From: a virus
Lineage: Duplodnaviria > Caudoviricetes
Strand: one strand, 5' to 3'
Virus record (IMG/VR): IMGVR_UViG_3300031953_000013
Location: 1 to 56,853 of that record
DNA: 56,853 nucleotides
Shown: piece after piece, positions 29,589 to 38,816 of the stretch
How the letters are laid out: each line of letters opens with the position of its first letter
How positions within the stretch are numbered: the first letter of the stretch is position 1
Notes under the pieces: model-generated
What the model saw: the letters and a program-made list of their open reading frames with translations, nothing else
What the model was told of the DNA's origin: nothing
Database searches by the model: none
Position numbers and translations under genes: made by a program

Positions 29589-29649
29589 GGGCCACCTTTT
29601 AGTTTAATCGGAGGGGGCAATCCCCCTCCACCATGATTAAATTATACCA

Positions 29650-30024
29650 CTACTTGTCTTTTGAATCAAGTTTCTGGGGGGCTGGTACTTTTTTTGGAAA
29701 AAGTTTTTTGTACGACCCGGGTACAAAACGAGCTAACGAGCGGGACCAGATTACCGGCGTATCGGATCCGACGAGAACGAAGCGTTCGCCTTCCGTGTCG
29801 TACCTTACGCTTTTACCCATCGCTTTGCGAATAGCTTGGATCCCTTTTTGGTACCTTGCTTCGTAGTCGGTCGATGCGTCCGCCGGAAGCGTTATCGCAA
29901 AGCGCGGTCCGCCATTACTGGTTTCGTAAACCTCCAAACAGGGGTCTTGTGGCTTTCCGAATTTACGTTCTACCCGTTCAACGCCCAGACCTGCAAGGCC
30001 GGGCTCCTTAATTAAAATTCCCAT
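29650..30024 (-). CDS. Hypothetical protein
   Basis: Directly downstream of the polymerase gene. Confidence 0.55.
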   Translation of the reverse strand: MGILIKEPGLAGLGVERVERKFGKPQDPCLEVYETSNGGPRFAITLPADASTDYEARYQKGIQAIRKAMGKSVRYDTEGERFVLVGSDTPVIWSRSLARFVPGSYKKLFPKKVPAPQKLDSKDK

Positions 30025-30025
30025 T

Positions 30026-32032
30026 TCATTTCTCCAAAGGTTGCATATGGCCCCAGTCGGGGCCTATTTCGCCATCCGCCTTCATTGGGATGGATATCTC
30101 TGGTATAGCCGTTTCCATTATATATTGCATTTCTCTAAAAGCGCTATCCTTCCCACCCGGGTCGCTAAAATCTAGCTCGTCGTGTACGGTTAGGCGAGGG
30201 ATTCCGGTTTCGTCAAAAATGCCACCCTCATAACACATCAGCATGGCCTTTTTCATGAGATCGGCTGACGACCCTTGTAGACGACGGTTTAGCGCCTTAT
30301 GCGTACCCGCCCTCTGGATATTACCGCCATAGGTCATCAACGCCTTTTGATACCCCAGTGGTGGGCGGCTATCATCGAAACGGACCGGCTCGTACATATC
30401 AAAGCGAGATTTGCGCCCTAGTATTGTGGTTATAACCCCCAACTTTTGCGCCTCTTTCATGGCCGCCGACATAGTTGGCTTGGCGAACGGTACCCCGGTA
30501 AAATAGGCCTCCATTAGTTTTTTGGCGTCTTTAATCGACATTTGCAACCCGGCTGCCAAGGCCGCTAGCCCCATGCCGTAGATCAAACCGAAGTTTATAC
30601 TCTTAATGGGTTTACGCTCGATAAACAACCCGGAGGCTTGCTCTACGACCTTCTGGGCATAAATGTGGTAGTCGGTGTCGGGGTGTAAATTAAAGTGGCG
30701 GCGAATGTCCTCGCCAGCCTGCCCGATTGCAAAATGGATTAGGAAACGGTATTCTACTTGGCTGTAATCATATTTGCGCCAGTATGGGTGGCCGTCGTCT
30801 GGGACGAATAGCCCTCGGATCAATGGGGCTAACTCGTCGTCTTTTGAAGGTATATTTTGGAGGTTCGGGGTACTCGACGAGTAACGCCCGGACCGCGTCC
30901 CGCCGCCCTCGCCCCTCAGCGGATGGAATTGGCCGTAAACTTTACCGTTAACATGGGAGTCTAAAATATACGACTCGATAAAAGTGCTGCGTAGTTTAAA
31001 ACACTTTTTAGCTTCTCGTATTAGGTCAGCCATTGGGTGATTAACCGTATCCAGAAACGCCCCTTTAAAAGAGGGGTTCCCGTTGGCGGTTTTTGGGTAA
31101 GGGAGTCCTAGGTGATCGAAAAGTTCTGCAAGGCTTGCCGAAGCATTGACATTAACGGATAATCCTGTTTTGTGTTTTATGTTTTGTATAATACCGTCGA
31201 ATCTAACCTGCAACGTATCCCGCAATTTTTCCGCTTTATCGACGTCCACCGATACCCCGGCAAAACGCATATCGACGGTTAGACGTATAAGGCGACACTC
31301 CATTGAAAATAGGTCTAAAAGATCCTCCTTACGCAGCTGGTCCACCATCGTCTGGTAAAGGCGCAACGGGATGTCGGCGTCGGATTCGGCGTAAGGCCCA
31401 ACTAACGAGGGTGGCGCCTTGTAAATCCATTTACGCTGATCTGGCGTCGGTGCCCCGCCAAACCAATCGCTTAACCAAAGGTAAAGAAATTCCGAATCCT
31501 TACCAAGGCCGAGGTATTTTTGACCCAGACTTTCTAACGCTACCGGGGCCGCCTCGTTTAGTAAGGCTTCCGCATACTGGACATCAAATAGGAACCCGGC
31601 TACCGCGACCCCCTCTTGACGCAGCCATCCAACATCGTATTGCAGGTTAGCGCCAATTTTCGGCTGCGCCGGATTCGCCAAGGTATCTCTTAAATAGGCG
31701 AAGACCTTTTCCGGGTCCATGTTAAGCTCGGTCTGGCTTTCGTGGCGAATTGGAAAGTACCACTTACCTTTATTACCGAGGCTATCCACCGCCGCAAGGG
31801 AGATGCCCACAATATGGCCAGATCCTCTCGCCCATCCGGGGCCCATCTTTTTCAACTCCGGGTCATACGTTTCGGTGTCCAGCGCTATCATTACCGCTTG
31901 GGATAAATTGGGAAACTCAATAGGAGGGCGCCACCCGGTTTCCGGGATCTCCGGCATCGGCCGTTGTATTTTTATGGAGGAACGAGTTTGCTGGACGTCC
32001 TCCCAAAACATACCAATGGAATCAAATCGCAT
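30026..32032 (-). CDS. polA: DNA polymerase family A with 3'-5' exonuclease
   Basis: DTET exonuclease motif, SGRYSSSTPNLQNIP, DYSQVEYR, KSINFGLIYG, VHDEL. Confidence 0.95.
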   Translation of the reverse strand: MRFDSIGMFWEDVQQTRSSIKIQRPMPEIPETGWRPPIEFPNLSQAVMIALDTETYDPELKKMGPGWARGSGHIVGISLAAVDSLGNKGKWYFPIRHESQTELNMDPEKVFAYLRDTLANPAQPKIGANLQYDVGWLRQEGVAVAGFLFDVQYAEALLNEAAPVALESLGQKYLGLGKDSEFLYLWLSDWFGGAPTPDQRKWIYKAPPSLVGPYAESDADIPLRLYQTMVDQLRKEDLLDLFSMECRLIRLTVDMRFAGVSVDVDKAEKLRDTLQVRFDGIIQNIKHKTGLSVNVNASASLAELFDHLGLPYPKTANGNPSFKGAFLDTVNHPMADLIREAKKCFKLRSTFIESYILDSHVNGKVYGQFHPLRGEGGGTRSGRYSSSTPNLQNIPSKDDELAPLIRGLFVPDDGHPYWRKYDYSQVEYRFLIHFAIGQAGEDIRRHFNLHPDTDYHIYAQKVVEQASGLFIERKPIKSINFGLIYGMGLAALAAGLQMSIKDAKKLMEAYFTGVPFAKPTMSAAMKEAQKLGVITTILGRKSRFDMYEPVRFDDSRPPLGYQKALMTYGGNIQRAGTHKALNRRLQGSSADLMKKAMLMCYEGGIFDETGIPRLTVHDELDFSDPGGKDSAFREMQYIMETAIPEISIPMKADGEIGPDWGHMQPLEK

Positions 32033-32498
32033 TTAAACCTAAATCCTGTGGAGTGGCGTTTTTCATAAAACCCTGCTGTTTAATGAATACCATATTATAC
32101 ATTGGTTTATACCCCTCCACAAGGTCTTCGCAGTATTTTCTAGACATTAAATAGACGCGATTTGTGTACCTGGACAGGACCTCGTTGGCCTCTAGTTTTA
32201 ACTTAGCAACCTCGTCCGAATCCGCCAAAGGTGGAAGCGGTACCCCCTTTTGTTTAAAGGCAGCCTTCATCGTATTGTTATGCCATAGGGTAAGCTCATA
32301 GGGGTTGATCATGGTATCCAGCGTAATCAACCCATACTTGGCACTAAAAATATAGAGGTCAGCGTCGCATTTTTTAGCCAAGACCAAGGCTCTTTTAAAC
32401 ACGTGAGAGATGTACATTTCGGATGCTTTTGCCTTGACCGTTAGTTTAGGTCCAGAGCACGGGATTACTACGCAATCGTTTTTCATAATGGGCCTCAT
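32022..32498 (-). CDS. DUF6884-like protein (PCxxxK...MY.S..F...SAKYGL)
   Basis: Motif recognition; likely start at 32486. Confidence 0.6.
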   Translation of the reverse strand: MRPIMKNDCVVIPCSGPKLTVKAKASEMYISHVFKRALVLAKKCDADLYIFSAKYGLITLDTMINPYELTLWHNNTMKAAFKQKGVPLPPLADSDEVAKLKLEANEVLSRYTNRVYLMSRKYCEDLVEGYKPMYNMVFIKQQGFMKNATPQDLGLNAI

Positions 32499-33448
32499 TG
32501 TTTAACTCCGACGATAGCACCACGGCAATTCTCGCCGTAAAAAATACACGGAGCCGGATATGCGGTAAAGTCCACCTTTTCCGCTACCCCTTCTAAAAGT
32601 AAAAGCTGGGTCGCTTGGAAGCAACCATCGCCCTGCAAACCCGGGACCTCCATCTGCGCCCCATCGTCTTTATGAGGTACGGTCGAAAGCGTCTCCCCTT
32701 GGAAAAACAACTGGTCCAATTCGCCAGTAAAATTGGCCAGGTCCGCGACCGCCGAGAACAACCCGTCCGGCAACGCTACGGCATTATTTTCTACGCTTAG
32801 GATTCTGCTTATGTCGGGCCATTCCAAGGTCGTTACTTGGGACCGCAACCAGCGATCGCCTTCAAAAAAGAACGTAATAGAATTATCCGAAACCTGTAAG
32901 CCGATTGGTTCTTCTTTTATTCGCAGCAACTCCTTTATAGTCAAAACTGGTAAATTTATATTGACCGGAAACTCGTACCCTAACCAATGCTCTATTAGGA
33001 CTACGTTGTTCGTAGCGTAGGCCGACTGCCCCCTGAATAGGATACCAGAGGCCCATGGTCTAGAGGCGTCTAGGGCTACCATCGGAAGCAGCTTTTTTAA
33101 AACGGGCAACAATTTAACCCCTTCCAGCGATATGTGCTCCCCTTGGGGTTCGATGTACGGAAAGGGCTCGGCCGTGCAATCGACGTAGACCCGAAAAGCA
33201 CCCGACTTAATGGCGAGTTTTCCGGAGGCCGTTATGTGTAGGGCGGCGGTATCCCGACAGGTTTTAATGGCTTTAACAAAAGGAACGGCACTGGGACACG
33301 CTTCGATGTCCAAGTCAATAGGGCTACTAATCGCCAGGTTTCCGTTGTATCCGAGTATCCGACGGTTTAAAATGTGAAAGTGCATTAGGGTCGGCACAAA
33401 ATCTTTTTTGGCTACCGCCCCCTGAACAAACTTTAGAGCCTCTAACAT
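32495..33448 (-). CDS. DNA polymerase III beta-clamp-like protein
   Basis: L..V.GAV.KK...P.L start and A.DASRP..SGI motif; 317 aa next to the polymerase. Confidence 0.75.
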   Translation of the reverse strand: MLEALKFVQGAVAKKDFVPTLMHFHILNRRILGYNGNLAISSPIDLDIEACPSAVPFVKAIKTCRDTAALHITASGKLAIKSGAFRVYVDCTAEPFPYIEPQGEHISLEGVKLLPVLKKLLPMVALDASRPWASGILFRGQSAYATNNVVLIEHWLGYEFPVNINLPVLTIKELLRIKEEPIGLQVSDNSITFFFEGDRWLRSQVTTLEWPDISRILSVENNAVALPDGLFSAVADLANFTGELDQLFFQGETLSTVPHKDDGAQMEVPGLQGDGCFQATQLLLLEGVAEKVDFTAYPAPCIFYGENCRGAIVGVKQ

Positions 33449-33616
33449 TTAGTCCTCCTCGGGTTGCTCGTTTTTAAACGACTCGTCAAAACTGGCTTCG
33501 GCCTCGGCCACTCGATGCAGCTCATAGGTCGTATCTGTACCGATTACTTCGATGGCCGCCAATCGGGCCTTTGCCTCGATCAGTTCCATTAGCACTTCAC
33601 GCTGCGTTTCTTTCAT
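33449..33616 (-). CDS. Small hypothetical protein (55 aa, MKETQREVLMEL...)
   Basis: Read by eye; fills the gap between dpdA and the clamp gene. Confidence 0.5.
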   Translation of the reverse strand: MKETQREVLMELIEAKARLAAIEVIGTDTTYELHRVAEAEASFDESFKNEQPEED

Positions 33617-33627
33617 TCGACAAAACA

Positions 33628-34530
33628 TTAAAATAACCCCATTTGTTCCATATGAAATTTCGGGTCGCCTTCCAAGAGTAACTCGGATAGCTGCTTAAAC
33701 GCCCAGCAATTAAAAATCCAGCGTGCCATGTATTGCGTTTGGAGGCGCTCCATACTAAACCCGAATTCTTCTATACGCTTGGTTAAAGCGATTCGCAAAT
33801 CGTCCGGAATCGTGTCTAGGTGCTGGTTGTGATTATGGCGCGCCGAGCTATTAGATGACACGGCAAACTTGGCCCCGTTCCAAGGTAGCACAATCAAGCC
33901 GTTCGCCGCCGCTTGAACCCATGACGACGAATCCACCGAGTACCAAGGGTACCGTTTCATTAAGGATGGCGCTGTAAGGCCAAACCCGTGGATTTTGATC
34001 AGAGGGCGACCAGCGCCGTCTGTTAAATGGTGTTCCCATATCCGGTCCAACCATAGAAGCAGCTGAGGTGTGGATATCGGGACCATACCACCAATAGTAA
34101 CGTACTCGTAGTTAGCGACATAATAATCTAAGTACCGGGTATCTTCGCCGTAGTGGAAACAAGGCAGCGGCTGCACTCCTTGGCGTTCCATCTCTATCTG
34201 GTTAGCGAAGGTACCTTGTGCATCGCCAATGGCGTCTAGGACTGAAGCGAATTTAATAATATCCTGTTTATCTTTTATGTAGGCGCAGTACTTGTTCAGG
34301 TTAACGTCCACCCCTTTGGTAAACGCCGAGAAAGCACCAGAGTCCAAGAAAATTTTAGTCCCGTCCTGGCGAATTTTACGAACAACGGTTTCCTTGTGGA
34401 TGTAATGGTACGACTCCAAAATATAAGGCAATTCCAACCGGGCCGCCTGTTCGCGCTCATCCAGACGATGGAAAATGTTACCCTGTAAATTCATGTTGGA
34501 GGTGTAAATACCGGCTAGGTATAGCTTCAC
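33628..34530 (-). CDS. dpdA: DpdA-like DNA-guanine transglycosylase (7-deazaguanine insertion)
   Basis: TGT-fold motifs FLDSGAFS, HGFG and SVDSSSW; adjacent to que genes. Confidence 0.85.
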   Translation of the reverse strand: MKLYLAGIYTSNMNLQGNIFHRLDEREQAARLELPYILESYHYIHKETVVRKIRQDGTKIFLDSGAFSAFTKGVDVNLNKYCAYIKDKQDIIKFASVLDAIGDAQGTFANQIEMERQGVQPLPCFHYGEDTRYLDYYVANYEYVTIGGMVPISTPQLLLWLDRIWEHHLTDGAGRPLIKIHGFGLTAPSLMKRYPWYSVDSSSWVQAAANGLIVLPWNGAKFAVSSNSSARHNHNQHLDTIPDDLRIALTKRIEEFGFSMERLQTQYMARWIFNCWAFKQLSELLLEGDPKFHMEQMGLF

Positions 34531-34691
34531 TCCTCGCCTCCACTTTCAATAATGGCTTTGTCCCACCCTTCTTGGTCTACTACTATTATGCTGCCATCGT
34601 CCCAGCCATACCAAGTCCGCTCTGGATCTTGGGTTTCTAGGACGGCTATTAAATCTGCTATGGTTTTTGCATTACCTAAAATAGGTATCAT
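34527..34691 (-). CDS. Small hypothetical protein (54 aa, MIPILGNAKT...)
   Basis: RBS ggagg; GTGA overlap with the dpdA start. Confidence 0.55.
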   Translation of the reverse strand: MIPILGNAKTIADLIAVLETQDPERTWYGWDDGSIIVVDQEGWDKAIIESGGEE

Positions 34692-34735
34692 ATGACCTCC
34701 AGTAAAAGAGGGCGACCTTAGCCGCCCACCTTTTT

Positions 34736-35653
34736 CTATTTTACCAAAGTAATGAATTCTAGTCTAGCGGAAGGGTCCTCTTTTATAACCCCTCGCAAGG
34801 CAGAGGTTATGGTATGGTGTCCTTGCTTACACACGCCTCTCGACTCCATGCACATGTGACGGGCCTTAATAACCACACCCACCCCTTTCGGTGCTAAGTG
34901 CTCGACCAAGGAGTCGGCTACCTGGCTTGTTAGGCGTTCTTGCACCTGGAGGCGTCGGGCGAACACGTCTACCAGACGAGACAATTTGGAAAGTCCGACT
35001 ATTTTACCATCTGGAATATAGGCTATAGTCGCCGTCCCAAAAATGTCCGCCATGTGGTGTTCGCATTTCGAGTAAAACGGGATGTCCTTAACCACCACCA
35101 TCTCGTCGTACCCATCGGCCCCGTCCTCGAAAACCTTCAAGACGTCCGCTGCGTTTTCCTGGTAACCTTTACACCAGTACGCTAGGGCTTTTGCCACCCG
35201 GGCCGGGGTTTCGGAAAGCCCCTCTCGGTCCACGTCTTCGCCGACCCATTGCAAAATTCGGCGGATGTTACCTTCGATACCCGTGGAGGCGTCGCCCTCC
35301 CAAGGGAAGACTACCCATTTACCTTTGAACGGGGTCGCTGGCAGCGTTTTGTCGACCAAGGCGATAAACGGCTTACCCGGGTACTCGTCGCACCACAAAC
35401 GCATGGAGGCACCGCTGTCGATTATATCGTCAACAAAAAAGTCCGCCATTGCGGGATCGTCCACGACTTCCAAATCAAACTCGGCGCTTAGGGCGTAGGC
35501 GGCCGGGACTCCACCGCGTGGAATCGGGTAGCAACGGTTTAGCCTTCTACCGTTCCCGTTTTTAAGGAACACGCCAATACTCGCCAACGTATCGCCAAGA
35601 CCCAAGCACAGGTTTTCAATATCGCTGTTTTGTAAATAGGCCTTAGACTTCAT
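34736..35653 (-). CDS. folE: GTP cyclohydrolase I with N-terminal phosphoribosyltransferase-like domain
   Basis: FolE motifs CEHH, GLSKL, LQVQERLT and HMCMESRG; N-terminal IPRGG, VDDIIDSGAS and WVVFPWE. Confidence 0.9.
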   Translation of the reverse strand: MKSKAYLQNSDIENLCLGLGDTLASIGVFLKNGNGRRLNRCYPIPRGGVPAAYALSAEFDLEVVDDPAMADFFVDDIIDSGASMRLWCDEYPGKPFIALVDKTLPATPFKGKWVVFPWEGDASTGIEGNIRRILQWVGEDVDREGLSETPARVAKALAYWCKGYQENAADVLKVFEDGADGYDEMVVVKDIPFYSKCEHHMADIFGTATIAYIPDGKIVGLSKLSRLVDVFARRLQVQERLTSQVADSLVEHLAPKGVGVVIKARHMCMESRGVCKQGHHTITSALRGVIKEDPSARLEFITLVK

Positions 35654-36086
35654 ATTCTGGTTCCCCTAGTTCGTAACTGGCGCTGCATTTTGCGGTTTCT
35701 TCAATGTCGACCATGGTAAGGCGAACGCCGGTACCGAAGAGTACCGCAGGGCCAATATCTTCGACCAAATACTTTGCCATATTTTCTGCCGTCGGATTAA
35801 ACGGGACCCGGACGACTTGGTCGTCAATATCCAGTAAGTAGGCGCCTATAGGGTCGCCATCCCAAACCAGAAAACGGTGGTCCCATTCGTTCTCTACCCA
35901 CATGCATAGCTTTTCCTTAATTACCGAAAAGTCGATGACCCGCCCAACACTGTCCAGATTATCCGACTCGCAAATAAAATGGATGCGGTAGTTATGGCCG
36001 TGCAGGTGGGCGCATTTGCTTTCGTGACCGTAGACGCGGTGTCCGGCACAAATATCGTGGTAACGCTTAGCTTTGGTTTTTTGCAT
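35643..36086 (-). CDS. queD: 6-carboxytetrahydropterin synthase
   Basis: GHR...CAHLHGHNY, DH, PTAEN and EET motifs. Confidence 0.92.
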   Translation of the reverse strand: MQKTKAKRYHDICAGHRVYGHESKCAHLHGHNYRIHFICESDNLDSVGRVIDFSVIKEKLCMWVENEWDHRFLVWDGDPIGAYLLDIDDQVVRVPFNPTAENMAKYLVEDIGPAVLFGTGVRLTMVDIEETAKCSASYELGEPEYEV

Positions 36087-36130
36087 TTTGGTTTCCTCAA
36101 AATAAGGTGGGGCGAGCCCACCGGTGGGGG

Positions 36131-36874
36131 CTACTCGGATTCTTCTTCGTTACTGCCGACTAGATACCCGTCGGTATCGCGGCTTACTACAAATTCGTGG
36201 TAGCCTTTGCGTCGAAGATTGCAAGCGGGGCACTTACCGCAACCGGCGCCCCATTCGTGTTTGATATTACGGACCCCATTATAGCACGTGTGGCTATGCT
36301 CCAAGACGACCTGTAGAATCCCGACTTCGTCGGCCAGGTCGAAGGTTTCGGCCTTGGTTAAATTCATCAAAGGGGTTTCGATTTGGATATCCGTTAAGTA
36401 CCCAATATTCAGGGCGTTTTGCAAGGCCACGATAAACGCTAACCGGCAATCTGGGTAGCCACTGTAATCTGTTTGGCAAACCCCGGTATAGATCGTAGAC
36501 GCTTCGACTTTTTGAGCGTAAGCATGGGCTGTGGTAAGGAACAAGGCGTTTCTATTCGGGACAAAAGACGCCGGTAGAGTTTTGTTACGATGGTGCGCCG
36601 CCGAAACGTCGCCGCCGGTAGTTAAGGCGCTATCGCCGAGTTCTTTTAAGGCTGGGATGGTGAAAATTTCAAAAGGTACGTCAAATCCCTCGCAGATCAA
36701 TTTAGCCTGCTCCAATTCGACGGAATGGGTTTGCCCGTAAGAAAAGCCTAAGCCATAAACTTTAGTGTGCTTTTTTAGGGCGAGGCCCAAACAGGTAACC
36801 GAGTCTTGCCCGCCAGACAAGACGACAACGGCGGAGGACGACGATGGTTTAAGATCCAGTTCTTGCTGTTTCAT
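36131..36874 (-). CDS. queC: 7-cyano-7-deazaguanine synthase
   Basis: SGGQDS, VPNRN, YPDCR and TCY...CGKCPAC motifs. Confidence 0.95.
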   Translation of the reverse strand: MKQQELDLKPSSSSAVVVLSGGQDSVTCLGLALKKHTKVYGLGFSYGQTHSVELEQAKLICEGFDVPFEIFTIPALKELGDSALTTGGDVSAAHHRNKTLPASFVPNRNALFLTTAHAYAQKVEASTIYTGVCQTDYSGYPDCRLAFIVALQNALNIGYLTDIQIETPLMNLTKAETFDLADEVGILQVVLEHSHTCYNGVRNIKHEWGAGCGKCPACNLRRKGYHEFVVSRDTDGYLVGSNEEESE

Positions 36875-36879
36875 TTGGG

Positions 36880-37587
36880 TTATTCCAAGTCGAGTAGTTT
36901 ATGTAGCTGCAAGCATAGGGTGTACCCATAACGGAAGCAGCTACGTACTGCGGCGTCGAGATGGCGTTTATTTTCCACCTCGTCTTCTACGTCAACGGGT
37001 TGGACGTAAATTATACGGTCAAACCCCGCTGGCGGTTTAGCGGTGACCGGACGGGCGGAATGGCCGAGGGCTGTTATTGGTAATCCGTCCGTCTGGTCAA
37101 TCTGGTCGGCGTGAACTACGTATTTTAGCGCCGTAATATGCGGGGCCAACTTCGAGTTAATGCTTCCCGCTTTTGGGCTGCAAACTATGGTGACGTTCGG
37201 GTCGTCGTAAGGGAACCCGGCGCAATACAACGTTCCGTTGGTTTCGATTTGGACGTGGTAACCTAGGCCTACCAGTACCCTAACTAACGGACCGATATTT
37301 TGGCGGAAAGGCTCGCCACCAGTAATGACGACCAAGTCCGTGGCGTAGTCGTCGGTAGTGCACGCTTTAACTTTGTCCACAATAAACTCTGGTTTTACCG
37401 CCGTTCTTTGGCTTGTGTAATCGGTGTCGCATAAGGGGCAGCATAAATTGCATCCCGATAAACGAACGAATACGGCAGCGGTCCCGGCAAATGGCCCTTC
37501 ACCCTGCATGGTTGGAAAAACGTGGTGGAGGTCGACGATACCGGATTGTATGTGTTTTGGTTTTTCTACGGTCTGAGTATTTTGCAT
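36880..37587 (-). CDS. queE: 7-carboxy-7-deazaguanine synthase (radical SAM)
   Basis: QGEG, CNLCCPLCDT, TGGEP, ETNG, SPK and QLHK motifs. Confidence 0.95.
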   Translation of the reverse strand: MQNTQTVEKPKHIQSGIVDLHHVFPTMQGEGPFAGTAAVFVRLSGCNLCCPLCDTDYTSQRTAVKPEFIVDKVKACTTDDYATDLVVITGGEPFRQNIGPLVRVLVGLGYHVQIETNGTLYCAGFPYDDPNVTIVCSPKAGSINSKLAPHITALKYVVHADQIDQTDGLPITALGHSARPVTAKPPAGFDRIIYVQPVDVEDEVENKRHLDAAVRSCFRYGYTLCLQLHKLLDLE

Positions 37588-37712
37588 AGCGTTTTCTCCT
37601 ATTGGTAAGTTTTTATTATACTGTTAAAGTGGTGATATCTAAAGCAGGGTTTAGCGCAAAAAAGAAGGGGGTCGAAACCCCCTCCAGTACTGCACCCAAC
37701 AGCCAGTCAGGT

Positions 37713-38063
37713 TTACTCGACGCCAGCGTCCGCTGTCGCTTCATCGTCGGCCGGAGCGTCAACATCAGGTGTTGCTTTCGGCGCACGCGGTTCCGCTTTC
37801 AGGTCGTGGTACTTTCTCCAACGCCCATACTGGGTAGCGGCGGTAGCGGCATTAATGTCGCTCTCCATGCACTCGGCGATCACATCTTTACGAGTCGCCG
37901 GGGAGCCCGTTTTGCTGGACAGGCTGTCGGACGCTTCCCAGACTTTACCGGTCTTGGTTCCGGCGCGAGGACGAGTCACGCCATTTTTGGTGTCTTTTGG
38001 GGCTTTCTCAACGGCTTCTTTTTTGGTATTGGCTGCTTTGGCGGCCGTGTTATTTTGGGTCAT
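37713..38063 (-). CDS. HTH-like putative DNA-binding protein (paralog 1)
   Basis: TG.VW...D...RKDVIA...ATAATQYGRW; RBS gagga. Confidence 0.65.
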   Translation of the reverse strand: MTQNNTAAKAANTKKEAVEKAPKDTKNGVTRPRAGTKTGKVWEASDSLSSKTGSPATRKDVIAECMESDINAATAATQYGRWRKYHDLKAEPRAPKATPDVDAPADDEATADAGVE

Positions 38064-38185
38064 GGTAGTTTCCTCTTGCAGTGGAATCGAACGGGGCATC
38101 CCGTTCGGGTTATTGGTTTCTGTTAACCAGACTCGTATATTAAATCAAGGTACGAATCTAGTCACTGCCTTTCTTGCGCCCACGA

Positions 38186-38767
38186 CTACGCGTCTTGAAC
38201 ACTACGCTTCCACTTCGCAAACTGGGTCGCCACCGTGGACGGATTAATCCCTTCCGCCGTGGCTTTTGCGATGACGTCGGCGCGGTCCGGTGTCGCTTTG
38301 CCGTTCGCTTCGTAACACGCGTCCGCTATCGCCCATACCCGTCCGGTAGCGGTACCCTCCTTCGGGCGAGTAGGAACACCTCCACTGCCTTGACCCGGTG
38401 GTTTACGCGACGGCTTTTCCTTTTCTGGAGCCGGGGTAAGGTCCGGTTTTGTAAGGTCATGGCCTAGCTGGCCCTTTAACTGCCAGACCTCGGTTAAATC
38501 TACCTCCAATTGACCGGCTAGGTACGCCACTCCCTTCATCAACTTATTGTACTCCATATTTTCGGGAGGCATCTCGCCGCTAGTATTGTAGTACAGGATT
38601 CGCAATTCGTATTCCGTGTAGACCGAGAAGCATTTGTTTTCTAGGCCCGTAACCAAATAGTCGGATTTTGGGATTATTAATTCGGCCCAAAACATCGCTT
38701 GCTCTAGGGTCTCGGTGGCTTTAATAAACTGCAACCGGTCGTTATCCATTAGGACGTGGGTTGGCAT
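38186..38767 (-). CDS. HTH-like putative DNA-binding protein (paralog 2)
   Basis: C-terminal TG.VW..AD...RADVIA...STVATQFAKW. Confidence 0.65.
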   Translation of the reverse strand: MPTHVLMDNDRLQFIKATETLEQAMFWAELIIPKSDYLVTGLENKCFSVYTEYELRILYYNTSGEMPPENMEYNKLMKGVAYLAGQLEVDLTEVWQLKGQLGHDLTKPDLTPAPEKEKPSRKPPGQGSGGVPTRPKEGTATGRVWAIADACYEANGKATPDRADVIAKATAEGINPSTVATQFAKWKRSVQDA

Positions 38768-38816
38768 AGCGGTATCCCCTGTTAGTTAATCTAGGGGCTT
38801 TCGCCCCCGTCCCGTT

